DNA from: Promethearchaeota archaeon
Lineage (GTDB): Archaea > Asgardarchaeota > Lokiarchaeia > Sigyniarchaeales > SOKP01
Length of the DNA stretch: 64,000 bases
Assembly (NCBI GenBank): GCA_029838195.1
Contig: JALGVJ010000017.1
Span: forward strand, 96,001-160,000
Direction: 5' to 3'
Part shown: positions 10,104-21,156 of the stretch, one piece after another
Layout of the letters: the number at the start of each line of letters is the position of its first letter
Numbering within the stretch: the first letter of the stretch is position 1
Made by a program: the position numbers and the translations under genes
Notes under the pieces: model-generated
What the model saw: only the letters and a program-made list of their open reading frames with translations
Told to the model about the DNA's origin: nothing
The model's database searches: none

Positions 10104-10841
10104 TCATGCTGCTTCTTTAACTATCAACTTAGCTAGTTTTGGAGGCATGGTCCACCCGATATAGAAGATAATCGAGGAGATTAGCAAGATTAACCGCGTG
10201 ATAAATAAGGTTAAGGCTATTAAAGAAATTACGGAATCTAGAATTGCTCCAATTCCGAAAAATAAGAATGCAAGTAAAATTAATTTTGCCTTCCATTGAA
10301 TGACTCGATTGGGAGATTGCATGGATTTTCTTATGAAAATAAGGATAGTAAGCAAGTTTATCGCGATGGTAATCAAGACATAAGAAGCAACGATAAGCTT
10401 AGTTTCACTATCAAATTTTGATACCCGAATGGCTAATAAAGAAGGATCTGTAACCAGGTAATAGAAAAAAATGATAATATACGCAATATTAAAGGCTAAA
10501 TAAATTAATAATATTTTCCATTTGGAATACGGGTATACTAAAAGCGCAAATGAATACATCCATAATAAAGAAGCGATTGGAATCAGACCAAAACTAATGA
10601 AAATGTAGAATGTATCTGATACGTCCACGTTAAAAACTAAAATGGTAATGAAAGCAATTGCTGAACCCCACCAAGGAGAAAATAGAAAAATTAACATTAG
10701 ACCTACCGTTACCAGTTCAATTTGCTTATATGAAAAATATTTCGATACAATTCGAAATCCCAACAAGAAATTTACCGTGAGGGTTAATAATTCAAATGTT
10801 CCGTAAAATAACTCAAGAGATGTAAAACTTTCAATTCCCAT
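10104..10841 (-). CDS. Stand-alone 7TM membrane protein (Loki-type family, paralog 1)
   Basis: 245 aa, seven hydrophobic segments; close paralog of 11485-12222. Confidence 0.85.
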   Translation of the reverse strand: MGIESFTSLELFYGTFELLTLTVNFLLGFRIVSKYFSYKQIELVTVGLMLIFLFSPWWGSAIAFITILVFNVDVSDTFYIFISFGLIPIASLLWMYSFALLVYPYSKWKILLIYLAFNIAYIIIFFYYLVTDPSLLAIRVSKFDSETKLIVASYVLITIAINLLTILIFIRKSMQSPNRVIQWKAKLILLAFLFFGIGAILDSVISLIALTLFITRLILLISSIIFYIGWTMPPKLAKLIVKEAA

Positions 10842-11135
10842 ATCCTAACCTCAATTTTATTAAACATGATTTCATGATATTTAAGATGTTTTAATGCAAA
10901 TTTAAATGTTTCTATCTAAATCGATGATAAAAATTAAAAAATCCTTTCTTTTCATTGGTTATTTTATATAAAAATGGAGTAGTCTTCAATTTATCATGCA
11001 AGGCAAAAGAGAACCCCTTATCCATGGCTTCAAGATTTACATGTAAGAGAACTTGGTTTCATGCATCTTACTTTGTAATTATAGGAATAAAAATTAAAAA
11101 AAATAAAAAACTGAAAGAAGAATGAATATACAAAA

Positions 11136-11156
11136 GATATCTATTGGCGATGGTAA
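11136..11156 (+). pseudogene. 21-nt remnant of the DUF2804 3' end (DIYWRW*)
   Basis: gatatctattggcgatggtaa vs gatatttactggcgatggtaa at 9745-9765; 19/21 identical, both differences synonymous. Confidence 0.7.
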
Positions 11157-11484
11157 TATTTTTTTAACCTTTTTTTCCTTTTCTTTTCATTTTTTCGTTC
11201 ATTTTTCTTTTGTTAATTCTTGCTCATGTTAATCTGAACTTGGGAAATATCTTGAATATCTTAATCCTTTTCTGGTTTTCATTTTTTAATGGTTAAAAAG
11301 ACTTCCGGTTCAGCTTTATAATAATAATAAAAAACCGTGCTTTCTTAATTTAAGTGCTTTTCCTTTTCTCAAACATTCTTTTAAACCCAATAAAGAAAAT
11401 AAGTTAAAGAATTATCCAAATTCACGACTTTCAAGCATGCATGGTGCTTATTTGAATGTTAACTGAAATTAATCGGATTTTTCT

Positions 11485-12222
11485 TCAAGCTTCCTCCTTA
11501 CTCAACAACTTGGCCACTCTTGGAGGCATGATCCATCCAATATAGGAAATGACGGAAGAAATCATCAAAATTAGTCGCGTGAAAAATAATGTAGGGGGTG
11601 TTAAAGAAACGACAGAATCAAGGACCGCTCCGATCACAAAAATGACAAGTGCGAGAAAAATTAATTTCCCTTTCCATTGGATTGTTTTGTCGGGGGAAAG
11701 CATGGATTTTCTCATGAAAATAAATGTTGTTATTAGAGAGATTGCTAACGTGATCATGACATACGATGTCACCACGAGTTCGGTTTCACTATCGATTTTC
11801 GATACTCGAATGACTAATAGAGAAGAATTCGTTATCAAGTAGTAGAAAAAAATAATGACATATGCGAAATTAAAAACCAAATAAATTAAGAAAAGTTTCC
11901 ACTTGGAATGGGGGTATACCAAAAGTGCAAACGAGTACATCCATAATAAAGAAGCGATTGGAATTAACCCATAACTTATGATGATGTAAAATGTATCTGA
12001 TACGTCCACGTTAAAAACTAAAATGGTAATGAATGAAATTGCTGAGCCCCACCATGCAGAATATAAAAAAATTAACATGAGCCCTACAGTTATCAATTCT
12101 TTTCTTTTAATGGTACGATATTTCAATATAATTCGAATCCCCAACAAGAAATTCACCGTTAACATTGCCAATCCAAAACCCCCTTGAAACAATTCAAAAG
12201 AAGTAAAACTCTCAACTCCCAT
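11485..12222 (-). CDS. Stand-alone 7TM membrane protein (paralog 2)
   Basis: 245 aa, collinear with paralog 1 ('WWGSAI.FITILVFNVDVSDTFY', 'LIPIASLLWMYSFALLVYP'). Confidence 0.85.
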   Translation of the reverse strand: MGVESFTSFELFQGGFGLAMLTVNFLLGIRIILKYRTIKRKELITVGLMLIFLYSAWWGSAISFITILVFNVDVSDTFYIIISYGLIPIASLLWMYSFALLVYPHSKWKLFLIYLVFNFAYVIIFFYYLITNSSLLVIRVSKIDSETELVVTSYVMITLAISLITTFIFMRKSMLSPDKTIQWKGKLIFLALVIFVIGAVLDSVVSLTPPTLFFTRLILMISSVISYIGWIMPPRVAKLLSKEEA

Positions 12223-12526
12223 TTTTTAACCCTTGTTAATTGTATTAGATATAATTTATATAGTAATCATCATGGGGACACGCTAATTTAAATATTACCA
12301 TCTAAATCCATTTAAAATTTTTAAATTTCTTTTTCTTTCCCCATTGTATTTATCATTAACTTAGAATTTCCAATCCACCATTCAAATCATGAAACAATTA
12401 TCGATCGATAAAACAAGACGCTTAACTCAAATGAGAGCGCTATTTCAAACTTTTTCCAAGTAATAAAAGAATAAAAGGTAAAAAATTAAGGATTAAAAAA
12501 AAATAAAGAAAATCATAAAGTATTAT

Positions 12527-13972
12527 CTAAAGATCTAAGCCCATTTCTTTCAATTTTCGCTTGTTTTCTTGAACTAATTCAGGCGTAATGTCATACCATT
12601 TCCAGAAAATAAAAATCGTCACGAGAACAATAAACGCCGGAATGAGAGCAGCATGCATGCGAATTCCAAGAAGTGCCAGCTCTGGAGTGGGACTCACGGC
12701 TACTAATTCTGAATAGCTCGATACGCCCTCCACGAACCCCGTTAAATTATGAATGACAGCAAATACAAGTGCCTGTGCAACCGTGCTCAAGCGAATGAAA
12801 AATGCATTAATGCCGTAATATATTGCCGGTTGACGCTTGCCCGTGCGAACACTTAGATCATCAATTACATCCGCCATGGCTGGCGGATCCACATACCACT
12901 GCCCTCCAAGACCAATGCCGAATAAGAATAACGCAATTATGAAAAATATGAAGCTATTGGCGAAGAAAATGGGCAAAAACGTTATGACCATGGCAAATCC
13001 CGCATAGATGGAAATTTTTTTGTTATTATTCATCTTCTGAGCGAAAAAATTCCAGAGTGGAACCGAAACAAAAGCACCAACTAGCATTAATGCCATTAAA
13101 ATGCTAAGCGCTGAAGCTTGTTCCTGAATAACGAATGTTACCATGTAGGGCGCTGAAGCCGACAAAAAGGCAACAGCACATTGATAACCGAAAAAGAAGA
13201 TCACTTTCGTCATAAAGCGCCGATCGGTAATGGATTGACGGGCAATACTGAAAAAATTTTCCATTTCACTTTTTTCTGCGAGTTGTTTTTGTTCTTCATA
13301 TCGTTTTCGCATTACTTTATTTTCCCACGTTCCGGGAATCATTAATACAAACAGGCACATGGCAACGGCAACGGAGAGCCAAGCAGAATACCGGTAAGAT
13401 TCAGGAACTCCCGTCGTTATGAACAAAGGGGCAAAAATAGAACCCGCAACAATACCTGCCATGCCAATAATCGTTCCAATCCCTGTGCACGTTCTTCTTT
13501 CCTCTAAAGTAGTGAATTTATCCGGGTAGATGGCGACAGCATTAATATTCCAGAGCGTGAATAAAGTATCATATAGGCAAATCATGATGAGGAGCCACAA
13601 AAAGACAAGCCATTGATCATCGACGGGATCCCATTCAAGAGGGACAAGAAATACAGCCAAATAGGAAAAGAGCCAGGGAATGGCACCAAATAAGATCCAA
13701 GGAAATCTTCGCCCTAATTTTCGTTCCCACGGCATGTGAATTCGTTCTAGGATGTATCCAATCAAGGGATCATTAATAGCATTCCATACGGAGAAAATGA
13801 TAAAGGCCAAGGCAACAAGTCCGACATTTAATCCGATTTCTGCTTCATAAAAGAAAAACGTGAAGAGTCCGAAGGGTCCCGTGATGAATTGGCTAAAGAA
13901 TTGGAAGGTTTGATAGCTTGCCATGATCCATTTTGAATTTTGAGGCGTTGGTTGAATCGCTTTTTCCGTCAT
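12527..13972 (-). CDS. MFS transporter, GPH/MelB family
   Basis: 'WNAINDPLIG', 'GRRFPWIL', 'ADVIDD...G.R..AIYYG'; likely start MTEK at 13972 (ORF track starts at 14023). Confidence 0.9.
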   Translation of the reverse strand: MTEKAIQPTPQNSKWIMASYQTFQFFSQFITGPFGLFTFFFYEAEIGLNVGLVALAFIIFSVWNAINDPLIGYILERIHMPWERKLGRRFPWILFGAIPWLFSYLAVFLVPLEWDPVDDQWLVFLWLLIMICLYDTLFTLWNINAVAIYPDKFTTLEERRTCTGIGTIIGMAGIVAGSIFAPLFITTGVPESYRYSAWLSVAVAMCLFVLMIPGTWENKVMRKRYEEQKQLAEKSEMENFFSIARQSITDRRFMTKVIFFFGYQCAVAFLSASAPYMVTFVIQEQASALSILMALMLVGAFVSVPLWNFFAQKMNNNKKISIYAGFAMVITFLPIFFANSFIFFIIALFLFGIGLGGQWYVDPPAMADVIDDLSVRTGKRQPAIYYGINAFFIRLSTVAQALVFAVIHNLTGFVEGVSSYSELVAVSPTPELALLGIRMHAALIPAFIVLVTIFIFWKWYDITPELVQENKRKLKEMGLDL

Positions 13973-14195
13973 TTTTAATACACTTTTAATTGAGAATAGT
14001 TTAATTATTCCTTTAATTTTCAATTTTTATTTCAAAAAAAAAACCATGTTCCAAAAAGATAAATTTTAATATTTCATTTCGTTTGAGAAATTAACCATTA
14101 TAAAAAAAGGATATAGATTTTTAGAAATCTAAAAGTTACTAACAAAGATGATGAGTAAATAGTAGGGCAACTTTCGAAAATAAAGGAGGTGAATC

Positions 14196-14654
14196 ATGGT
14201 AAGGGAAGAAAACACGATTGTAAAAATAAAATTAAAAAATGGCTTCATTTTTTCGAGTGAATTGAATCATGAGCAGGTAAAACAGCTTGTTATTGATGAA
14301 ACCATTGAAAAGGAAGGCAGAGCGCGAGGCCCGGATGCTGCAGAATTATTGGGGCTCGCTATTTTATCTTGTTTGAGCGCCAGTTTTTTATTTTGTTTAC
14401 AGAAAAAAAATCTCACCGTGGACGATTTAGAAACAACAGCAGAAATATCGTTTAAGAAAAATGAGAAAGGATATGTAAGAGTAAAGGCAATTGATGTTAA
14501 ATTAATTCCTAAAAGTACAGATCCGTCCGTATTGCGCAGAATAGAGCAATGCAAGAGAGAAGTGAAAAGTGGACACATGTTTTTTGAAGAAACGTGCATT
14601 ATCACCTCCTCGGTAAGAGAAGGAATAAAGGTGACCGTGGACATGGGTTCATGA
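14196..14654 (+). CDS. OsmC-like family protein
   Basis: 'DE......GP.AAELL..A...C' and 'ETCIITSS'; SD aaggaggtg upstream. Confidence 0.85.
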   Translation: MVREENTIVKIKLKNGFIFSSELNHEQVKQLVIDETIEKEGRARGPDAAELLGLAILSCLSASFLFCLQKKNLTVDDLETTAEISFKKNEKGYVRVKAIDVKLIPKSTDPSVLRRIEQCKREVKSGHMFFEETCIITSSVREGIKVTVDMGS

Positions 14655-14753
14655 AACCTTACATTTTTAAGAAAAAATTTTCATTAAAATGCATGACTCA
14701 AGTCATTTGAGATGGATTCATACTCATATAAGAATAAAATAGATAATATAAAA
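14501..14753. repeat. 253-bp direct repeat, left copy (osmC 3' end plus downstream intergenic DNA)
   Basis: Ungapped match to 30001-30253; 18 mismatches by hand count (~93%). Confidence 0.95.
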
Positions 14754-16059
14754 CGGGCCAACGGGTTATATTTTCAAGAATCCGGAATCAAGATATTCAG
14801 ATTATAAATCCTCTCAAAATCCAAATGATATTAGAGATTATGGTGCCGTTAATGCCTATTATGATAGTGATATACTCACTCAAGAAATTATCGGAGAAAA
14901 TACTGAAGCTATTAATAAAGCTATACAGCGAGGAAGCTTGTTGGGGAAGGTTGTCTTGATTCCCGAAGGAGATTACGTTTGCGGAACAATTAAGCTTCAG
15001 GGCAATCTAATTTTAAAGATTAAAGGAAATCTGATTGGAAGTCGTGATAGGAACGATTATTCTCCGAAGAATTTTCTTATTGGTGAAAATATCAGCAATC
15101 TCGTTATTGAAGGAGAAGGAGGTAAGATAATGGGCGAAGGAGAGTATTTCTGGAACAATCCTATACTAAAGCCTCTCGAATCAAATCCAGAAATTTCTGA
15201 TATTAGAATGCTTCAATTAAACCACTTTCTAGCAAAACGGGAAAAAAAAGATAACAGACCCTCTCCCTTTATTAGAATCACTGGAAGTAAAGACATTTTG
15301 ATCAGAAATCTAATAATAGAAAACTCCCCTGGCTGGACTTTAAGCTTTGAATTATTTAACAATGGTAAAATAAGAGACCTAATAATTCACAATAACATCC
15401 GAGGGGGTAATGTGAATGGCATAGATATCGTCGGAACCAGTAATGTAAATATTAATAATGTATTGGTTTCCACGGCAGATGATGGTATAGTGCTTAAAAA
15501 TCCCACCTCTGTTCCTATGAGTAACATTAAGATTAGAAATGCCAGGATCTCCACAACAGCTAACGGATTTAAGATAATGACTGAAACGTATTCAGATATT
15601 AACGACGTGTCCTTCACGGATAGTGAGATAATTACAACCGAATTTTTCCCCGGGGCGATTTCTGGTGTTGCTATTGAATCGGTTGATGGAAGTCATGTGA
15701 GTAATATTAAAGTGGACAATATCATAATGAATGGAGTTCTGGGCCCATTATTCATTCGCTTAGGGAATCGCAATAAATATGATACTAAGGATTTAATGAG
15801 TAGAATCGATAATATAAGAATAAGTAATATTTATTGCTATAATTGTCAATTACCAAGTATAATTAGTGGAGTTATGGACAAAGACTCGGAACTCACGATA
15901 ACCAATGTCCTTATAAACAATTTTGATATGCAATATCTCGATAATAAAGAATTTCTCATACTTCTCCCATCGGTTCCTGAAAATCCAGCGGTTTATCAAA
16001 AGGTCAATATTATTCCAAGGGCGGTCAATACCCGTGAAATGATTGTTATAGAAGGATGA
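14752..16059 (+). pseudogene. GH28/pectin-lyase-fold glycoside hydrolase, truncated at both ends
   Basis: Frame is open from 14752 (the repeat edge) with no ATG; contains DIRDYGA, 'AI.KAI', 'NSPGWT', 'TADDGIVLK', 'FIRLGNR'; C-terminus after PENPAVY runs into unrelated DNA. Confidence 0.75.
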
Positions 16060-16123
16060 ATAAATTTCCAAATCTTTCAAATCCTGTGAGGGATATTTCA
16101 TCAAATAGAACCTTGATGTTCAT
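15995..16123 (-). pseudogene. DUF5615 PIN-like toxin 5' remnant
   Basis: MNIKVLFDE-I-P-like start overlapping the DUF433 stop, then frameshift. Confidence 0.45.
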
Positions 16124-16357
16124 TGGAACCATAGATTACAATCTCTCCAGATATCATATCTTGTGCATATGAAATTATCTCTTTTATATTCTCTCTGGAT
16201 ATGGTGGAAAGATTTTAAAGAATTTCCTTAAAGTCTTTTCCTTCTTTATCCAATCCAAAATATCCATAACTAGAACCCTAATTCCCTTAATAACTGGAGC
16301 TCCACCACATACCTCTGGGTCCCTAATAATACTTACATATTTACCTAATTTAATCAC
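16101..16357 (-). pseudogene. DUF433 antitoxin, frameshifted
   Basis: 'IIRDPEVCGGAPVIKGIRVLVMDIL'; second half 'PTISRENIKEIISYAQD' is in another frame. Confidence 0.75.
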
Positions 16358-16438
16358 ACTGACTTTATATTTTAAAGATTGTTGAATTTTAAATCCACTA
16401 ATTGCTAGATGTATTATTAATAAAAAAAAGGTATCCAA

Positions 16439-17120
16439 TCAGAGAATTGCCGAAACTGAGAGAAATATCCCGGCACCATTGACTAGAAAATGGCATACAA
16501 TTCCAGGCCAGATATTTTTCAATTTCTGAGCAACATGGGGTATAATTTGGCATGTAATTAACATGAAGGGAATGGCATACCATTTAAACATGTGAAAGCA
16601 AGCCCATAAACAACCATGGAGCAATCAAATAAATCTTCCAAAAGCCACTTCTTGACGTGGTAAGATATATGACCGCCACCATAATTCTTCTCCAAAAATG
16701 TTTAAGGATAAAGTTACCAATGTCATCCATAATATAGGTTCCTCATCCGTATACAACTCAGGTAGAGGGAAATTAGTTATCTCATATAACAATCCCGCTA
16801 TAAAATTAAAAAGTAGAGATAGAATCCCAAAAATTAATGCCGCAATAATAGTTATTATCCAACCTTTAGCAGAAAGGTTCGAGAGGCGCATGCGCTTACA
16901 GAAGTTACTCCAAGCCCAAAGATTTCCTTCTCACTTATATCCTACAATAGCAGCAACAAATAAGCCTCCAGTGAGAAGGGATACTGAAAAAGAATATAAA
17001 CCATAATCCGAAAATCCTGCATTCCGTAATATTGGCCATAACCACCAATTACTCCACATGGCAACTAACATTGGAATTCCAAATAAAAGAAGAGAACTTA
17101 ATAATCCTATTGGTTTGAGC
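16439..17120 (-). pseudogene. CPBP (CAAX/Abi) intramembrane metalloprotease, disrupted
   Basis: EELWWR, 'LWACFH', 'HFLVN' motifs; in-frame TGA at 16625-16627 and further breaks upstream. Confidence 0.8.
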
Positions 17121-17249
17121 TCTCTTTATTGATTAATTTGTAATATTTATTGAGTCATATTTTATAGTGGATCTGAAAGATTCTTATATAATTTGGAGAC
17201 CAATTTTTTAAGCTCATAGATGACTTTCCTTAAGGAACGATATTTAAAG

Positions 17250-19070
17250 TTAGAAAGATATTTTAAGTTTTTGAATGTCCTTATAGATATCAGGTGTGAG
17301 GGCTTCATAATTATCTCTTTCTGGTAAGAGTACAAATAAAGGATCTTCATGAATATATAAATCGAAACTATCTTTTTTAAGAGAAGATTTCTTGAGTTTA
17401 AAAGTAGATGTGATTTCCAAATCCTTTCTAAATCTTAAGAATAAGGGAATTGCATAACTTGCGAGGTTTTTATTCAAGTGTTCCTTAAAATGATTAAAAT
17501 CAAATTCTTCAAGGTCCGTTTTTAAAACTAAAGTTGCCATTCCTGCTCGTCCATCTGTACCTGGAATTTTCACTCCATATACGCATGAAAATAATACCTC
17601 ATCACATGCATTAAGAATCCCCTCTACTTCAGTAGTAGAAATATTGTGTCCCTTCCAGCGAAAGGTATCTCCTATACGATCCACGAATAAGACGTGATTA
17701 CATCCTTGATCAAGAACAATATCTCCCGTATTTACATACGCATCTCCTTTCTTAAAAGCATTGCGTATGAGTTTACTTTCAGTGTCTTTTTTATTTAGAT
17801 AACCTAAAAATGCAAGCTTATCTGCTTTTGCATTGAATAACAATAGACCCGGTTCATCTTTATCGACCTTTACCAAGAATCCTTCTTCGTCCCTGATAAG
17901 CTCATCATTTTCTGTATCATATTTAACCAATACATAAGGTTTATTACAATATCCAGAGGTTTTATCAAAATTAAAAAAATTGAAGAATCCTCCTCCCAAT
18001 TCGGTGGCAGCATAGTACTCTCCTATAGTTTCAATGGCAAATCTGTCCTTGAATTCATTCCAGATCTCGGGACGTAATCCATTTCCTAAGACAACTCGCA
18101 CTTGATTATCCTTATCCTCTGGGGTTTGCGGAGCATTTACTAAATAACGACATACCTCTCCCACGTAGTTGAAACAAGTAGCCTCATACTTGCGGATATC
18201 ATTCCAAAAATTAATAATGCTAAATCGCCTAGCAAGGGCAAAAGTACAACCTATATTAAGAGGAGGAGCCCAACCACTTATAAGAGGATTAGAATGAAAC
18301 AATGGAAGGGGACAATATAATGTATCTTCTGGTTCTAAATTTGCTATTAACTTTCCAAACAATAGTCCTCCACAGACTATTCTCTGATGAGGGATGGGGA
18401 CTGCTTTTGGTAAACCCGTGGTGCCCGAGGTAAACACATAAGCAAACGTATCAAAAGTCTTGATATTTGCTGTCGTTGGTGGATTTTCCGCTGGGAATGG
18501 CTCCACTTTTTTCATAAGATCTATAAATCCTTCTGGTAATGGAACTTTTCCCTGATCTCTTACAAACAATAAAATTTGTTCCTTGGTCAATCCCATGCTT
18601 GGTTTAACCGCTTCGAATGCTTCATAACAGGTTTCGTCAATTATTATAATTTTTGAAGGAGAAATCGTAAGAGAGTGTATTAGCGCTTCTCCCTGAAAAT
18701 CAGAATTGATAAGGGAAGAAATGACACCGATTTTCGCAAGAGCACTCAAAATAAATAGCAGTTCAAGACGATTTTTCATTAATACCACAGCAACATCCTT
18801 CTTTTTAAGCCCGATGGAGATAAAATAATGAGCATAACGATTAACGCATTCATTGAATTCCTTATAGGTTAATTTTTCATCCTCAAACTTCACTGCAATT
18901 ATGTCTGAAAATTCTCTAGCATTTCTTTCTATTAACGTTCCAATGGACATCTTATTTTCCTTCATTCTAGTCATTATTTCTCGAAGGATGTAGTCATTTT
19001 CAGCATAAAAGTTCCTTAATTTTCTTCGAAATGTTTTCCTGTCAATCTTTAGTTTTATCGATTCTGACAT
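17250..19070 (-). CDS. Long-chain acyl-CoA synthetase, FATP/SLC27 (FadD6-like) family
   Basis: YVFTSGTTGLPKA, 'YVGEVCRYL', 'GNGLRP', 'DRIGDTFRWKG.N.STTEVE', 'DGRAGMA'. Confidence 0.93.
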   Translation of the reverse strand: MSESIKLKIDRKTFRRKLRNFYAENDYILREIMTRMKENKMSIGTLIERNAREFSDIIAVKFEDEKLTYKEFNECVNRYAHYFISIGLKKKDVAVVLMKNRLELLFILSALAKIGVISSLINSDFQGEALIHSLTISPSKIIIIDETCYEAFEAVKPSMGLTKEQILLFVRDQGKVPLPEGFIDLMKKVEPFPAENPPTTANIKTFDTFAYVFTSGTTGLPKAVPIPHQRIVCGGLLFGKLIANLEPEDTLYCPLPLFHSNPLISGWAPPLNIGCTFALARRFSIINFWNDIRKYEATCFNYVGEVCRYLVNAPQTPEDKDNQVRVVLGNGLRPEIWNEFKDRFAIETIGEYYAATELGGGFFNFFNFDKTSGYCNKPYVLVKYDTENDELIRDEEGFLVKVDKDEPGLLLFNAKADKLAFLGYLNKKDTESKLIRNAFKKGDAYVNTGDIVLDQGCNHVLFVDRIGDTFRWKGHNISTTEVEGILNACDEVLFSCVYGVKIPGTDGRAGMATLVLKTDLEEFDFNHFKEHLNKNLASYAIPLFLRFRKDLEITSTFKLKKSSLKKDSFDLYIHEDPLFVLLPERDNYEALTPDIYKDIQKLKISF

Positions 19071-19109
19071 AATTTAGTAATTTAAGACATTCTTAAAAAA
19101 TCTTGCTCA

Positions 19110-19129
19110 GTGGTTATCACTGGTGACAA
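19110..19129. promoter_or_regulatory. Candidate operator between FATP and regulator 1
   Basis: gtggttatcac (reverse complement GTGATAACCAC), extending into ttatcactggtgacaa. Confidence 0.6.
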
Positions 19130-19199
19130 TAACTTTAAATGATGTGGCAGATAATAATTAAGTATTGATTCTTATAAGAATTATTAACAATTAGAGAAG

Positions 19200-19898
19200 A
19201 TGGCTAGTAAAAAATCTTATAAGAAACTTAAACCCGAGGAATGGAAAAATGAAATCCTTGAATTTTTAGAGAATAATCCATCGGGATTTACTATCACCGA
19301 CATTGCTGAAGAGATAAATTCTACACGTACTACTGTTTCAAAATATCTTTCCTTACTGGAGCAAGAGAAAAAAGTATTATCCAAGGAAATTGGCGTTTAT
19401 AAACTCTATTTCAGTGCGGAACGGAGATTTATGGCATTAAATCTTTTTCAAGCTTACTATAAATCACTATTAATGGGCATAAAGGATAAGTTTTCAGATA
19501 AACAAGATTTTAAAGAAATCGGGTATCAAATTTGCGACAACCTTTTTGATTTCTTCTATAACCAATTTCCAAAGAGTATAAGAGATCAAATAAAGAGCTT
19601 TAAAGATTTCTTAAAATTCTTTGGAAAAGTCTATCCCGAATTGGACTTCATTTATTCGGATAATTTGACCATACAAGAAAATGTTAATCTTGAAAATGAA
19701 GAGGCCATTTACCAGTTTAAGAACATTGGAATTTTAGACTTTCCACTTGATTTGGAATACCATTTTTATATCATTTCGGGAATGATTGAGAGAAGTCTAA
19801 CAAAAATCTTTAAAAAAGGGGGAAAAAGAATATATTCTGACATTCAATCCATCGACAAAAAGAATAAAATAGTCACTCTTACAATACAACGTAAGTAG
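19200..19898 (+). CDS. Transcriptional regulator, winged HTH plus V4R-like C-terminal domain (paralog 1)
   Basis: 'ILEFL..NPSG.TITDIA..I.STR.TVSKYL..L...K.IG.YKLY'; 'FKEIG', 'HFYIISG'. Confidence 0.8.
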   Translation: MASKKSYKKLKPEEWKNEILEFLENNPSGFTITDIAEEINSTRTTVSKYLSLLEQEKKVLSKEIGVYKLYFSAERRFMALNLFQAYYKSLLMGIKDKFSDKQDFKEIGYQICDNLFDFFYNQFPKSIRDQIKSFKDFLKFFGKVYPELDFIYSDNLTIQENVNLENEEAIYQFKNIGILDFPLDLEYHFYIISGMIERSLTKIFKKGGKRIYSDIQSIDKKNKIVTLTIQRK

Positions 19899-20029
19899 GT
19901 TATATAATTTTATTTAATTTTAAAGAACCTATCAAGTGTATTTCATAAATACATCTTTATATATCTTCTTTTATTCTACCAAATATAGGATTAGGTAAAA
20001 ACATTAAAATATACTTTTTTGCTTCAATC

Positions 20030-20970
20030 ATCAAACCAAGATACTAAAAGATTGTAGATTCTGAAAATAAAATCAATTCTAGGCTTGATGTAATTAAATC
20101 TACGGAATCATCCCCTAAACGCTTTGATATTCCGCTAGAAGCCCTTTCTTATTTCGAACGAGGTTTTAAGCCATCCTTTTTTAATAAAAAAGTACTGCCT
20201 TATACAATGCGTAGCATGAGAGAGATTAGAAAATCCTTTAAATCAATTAAAAAAACCCTTTAAATCCAAAAACTTCCGTTAATCCAGAATTTATTAGATC
20301 ATTTGAAGAATTTTGTTATAGAATTGGAGCTAGTGCAATCGGATATACCAAAATTCCTCCTGAATTTTTGTTTAAAGACAAGGGAGTAATCTTTGATAAT
20401 GCTATTGTATTTGCTATGGAAATGGATAAAGATAAAATCGCAAAGGCATCCGGTTTAGATGCATTAATCGAAGTTCAAAAAACATATCGAGATTTAGGGA
20501 GGATTGTAAATTCTGCAGCAGAATTTTTACGTAATTGCGGTTATGCCGCTCAAGCCAGTCGTCCTTTGGGAGGAGTTATATTGTATCCCCGATTGGCAAG
20601 ATTGGCAAATCTAGGCTGGCAAGGAAGCCATGGCATGTTGATTACACCTCAATATGGTCCTAGAGTTCGTTTAGCAGCGGTTTTCACGAGCATCTCAAAT
20701 ATACATCTCTCTAGAAACAATACACATGCCTGGATCGAGTCGTATTGTAAAATATGTGGCATTTATATAAAAAAATGTCCTGTAAATGCCATATATTCAG
20801 AACCAATTAAAAAAGATAACGGAGTTATTACACATATAGATGTAAATAAGTGCTTTCCCTATTTCCTGAAAATTATGGATGTTCTGTTTGCATGGATCGT
20901 TGTCAATTCAACCGAATTGGTTATAACAAATTAAAGGCACGCATGATGGAAATAAATAAAAAAAATTAAA
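20030..20970 (+). pseudogene. QueG/reductive-dehalogenase-family 4Fe-4S protein, frameshifted
   Basis: 'LARLANLGWQGSHGMLITPQYGPRVRLAAVFT', CKICGIYIKKCP (one Cys lost); second motif GCSVCMDRC in another frame; 5' part broken near 20260 and 20325. Confidence 0.8.
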
Positions 20971-21156
20971 TTTTTTTTTATTATGATCATTAAGATCAGT
21001 TTAAATCTTCTTCTTTTAATAAAGATTATAAGTAAAAATTCAAATTACAATTATTCAAAAAAATGAAATTTTAACAAATAAAAAACTTTATTCTGATTTG
21101 AAATAATACCAATTTTATTCTATTAGATAAAAAAATAAGGGAAAGTAACGATATAT

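Noticed and set aside
10104-12222. 7TM proteins as rhodopsins (schizorhodopsin or heliorhodopsin)
   Set aside because: No retinal-binding Lys in TM7 and no RYxDW-like TM3 motif
16625-16627. In-frame TGA in the CPBP gene (and at ~44565) as recoding or an alternative genetic code
   Set aside because: Both fall at probable Trp positions (TGG to TGA) in genes with other lesions, and TGA is a normal stop in many intact genes here
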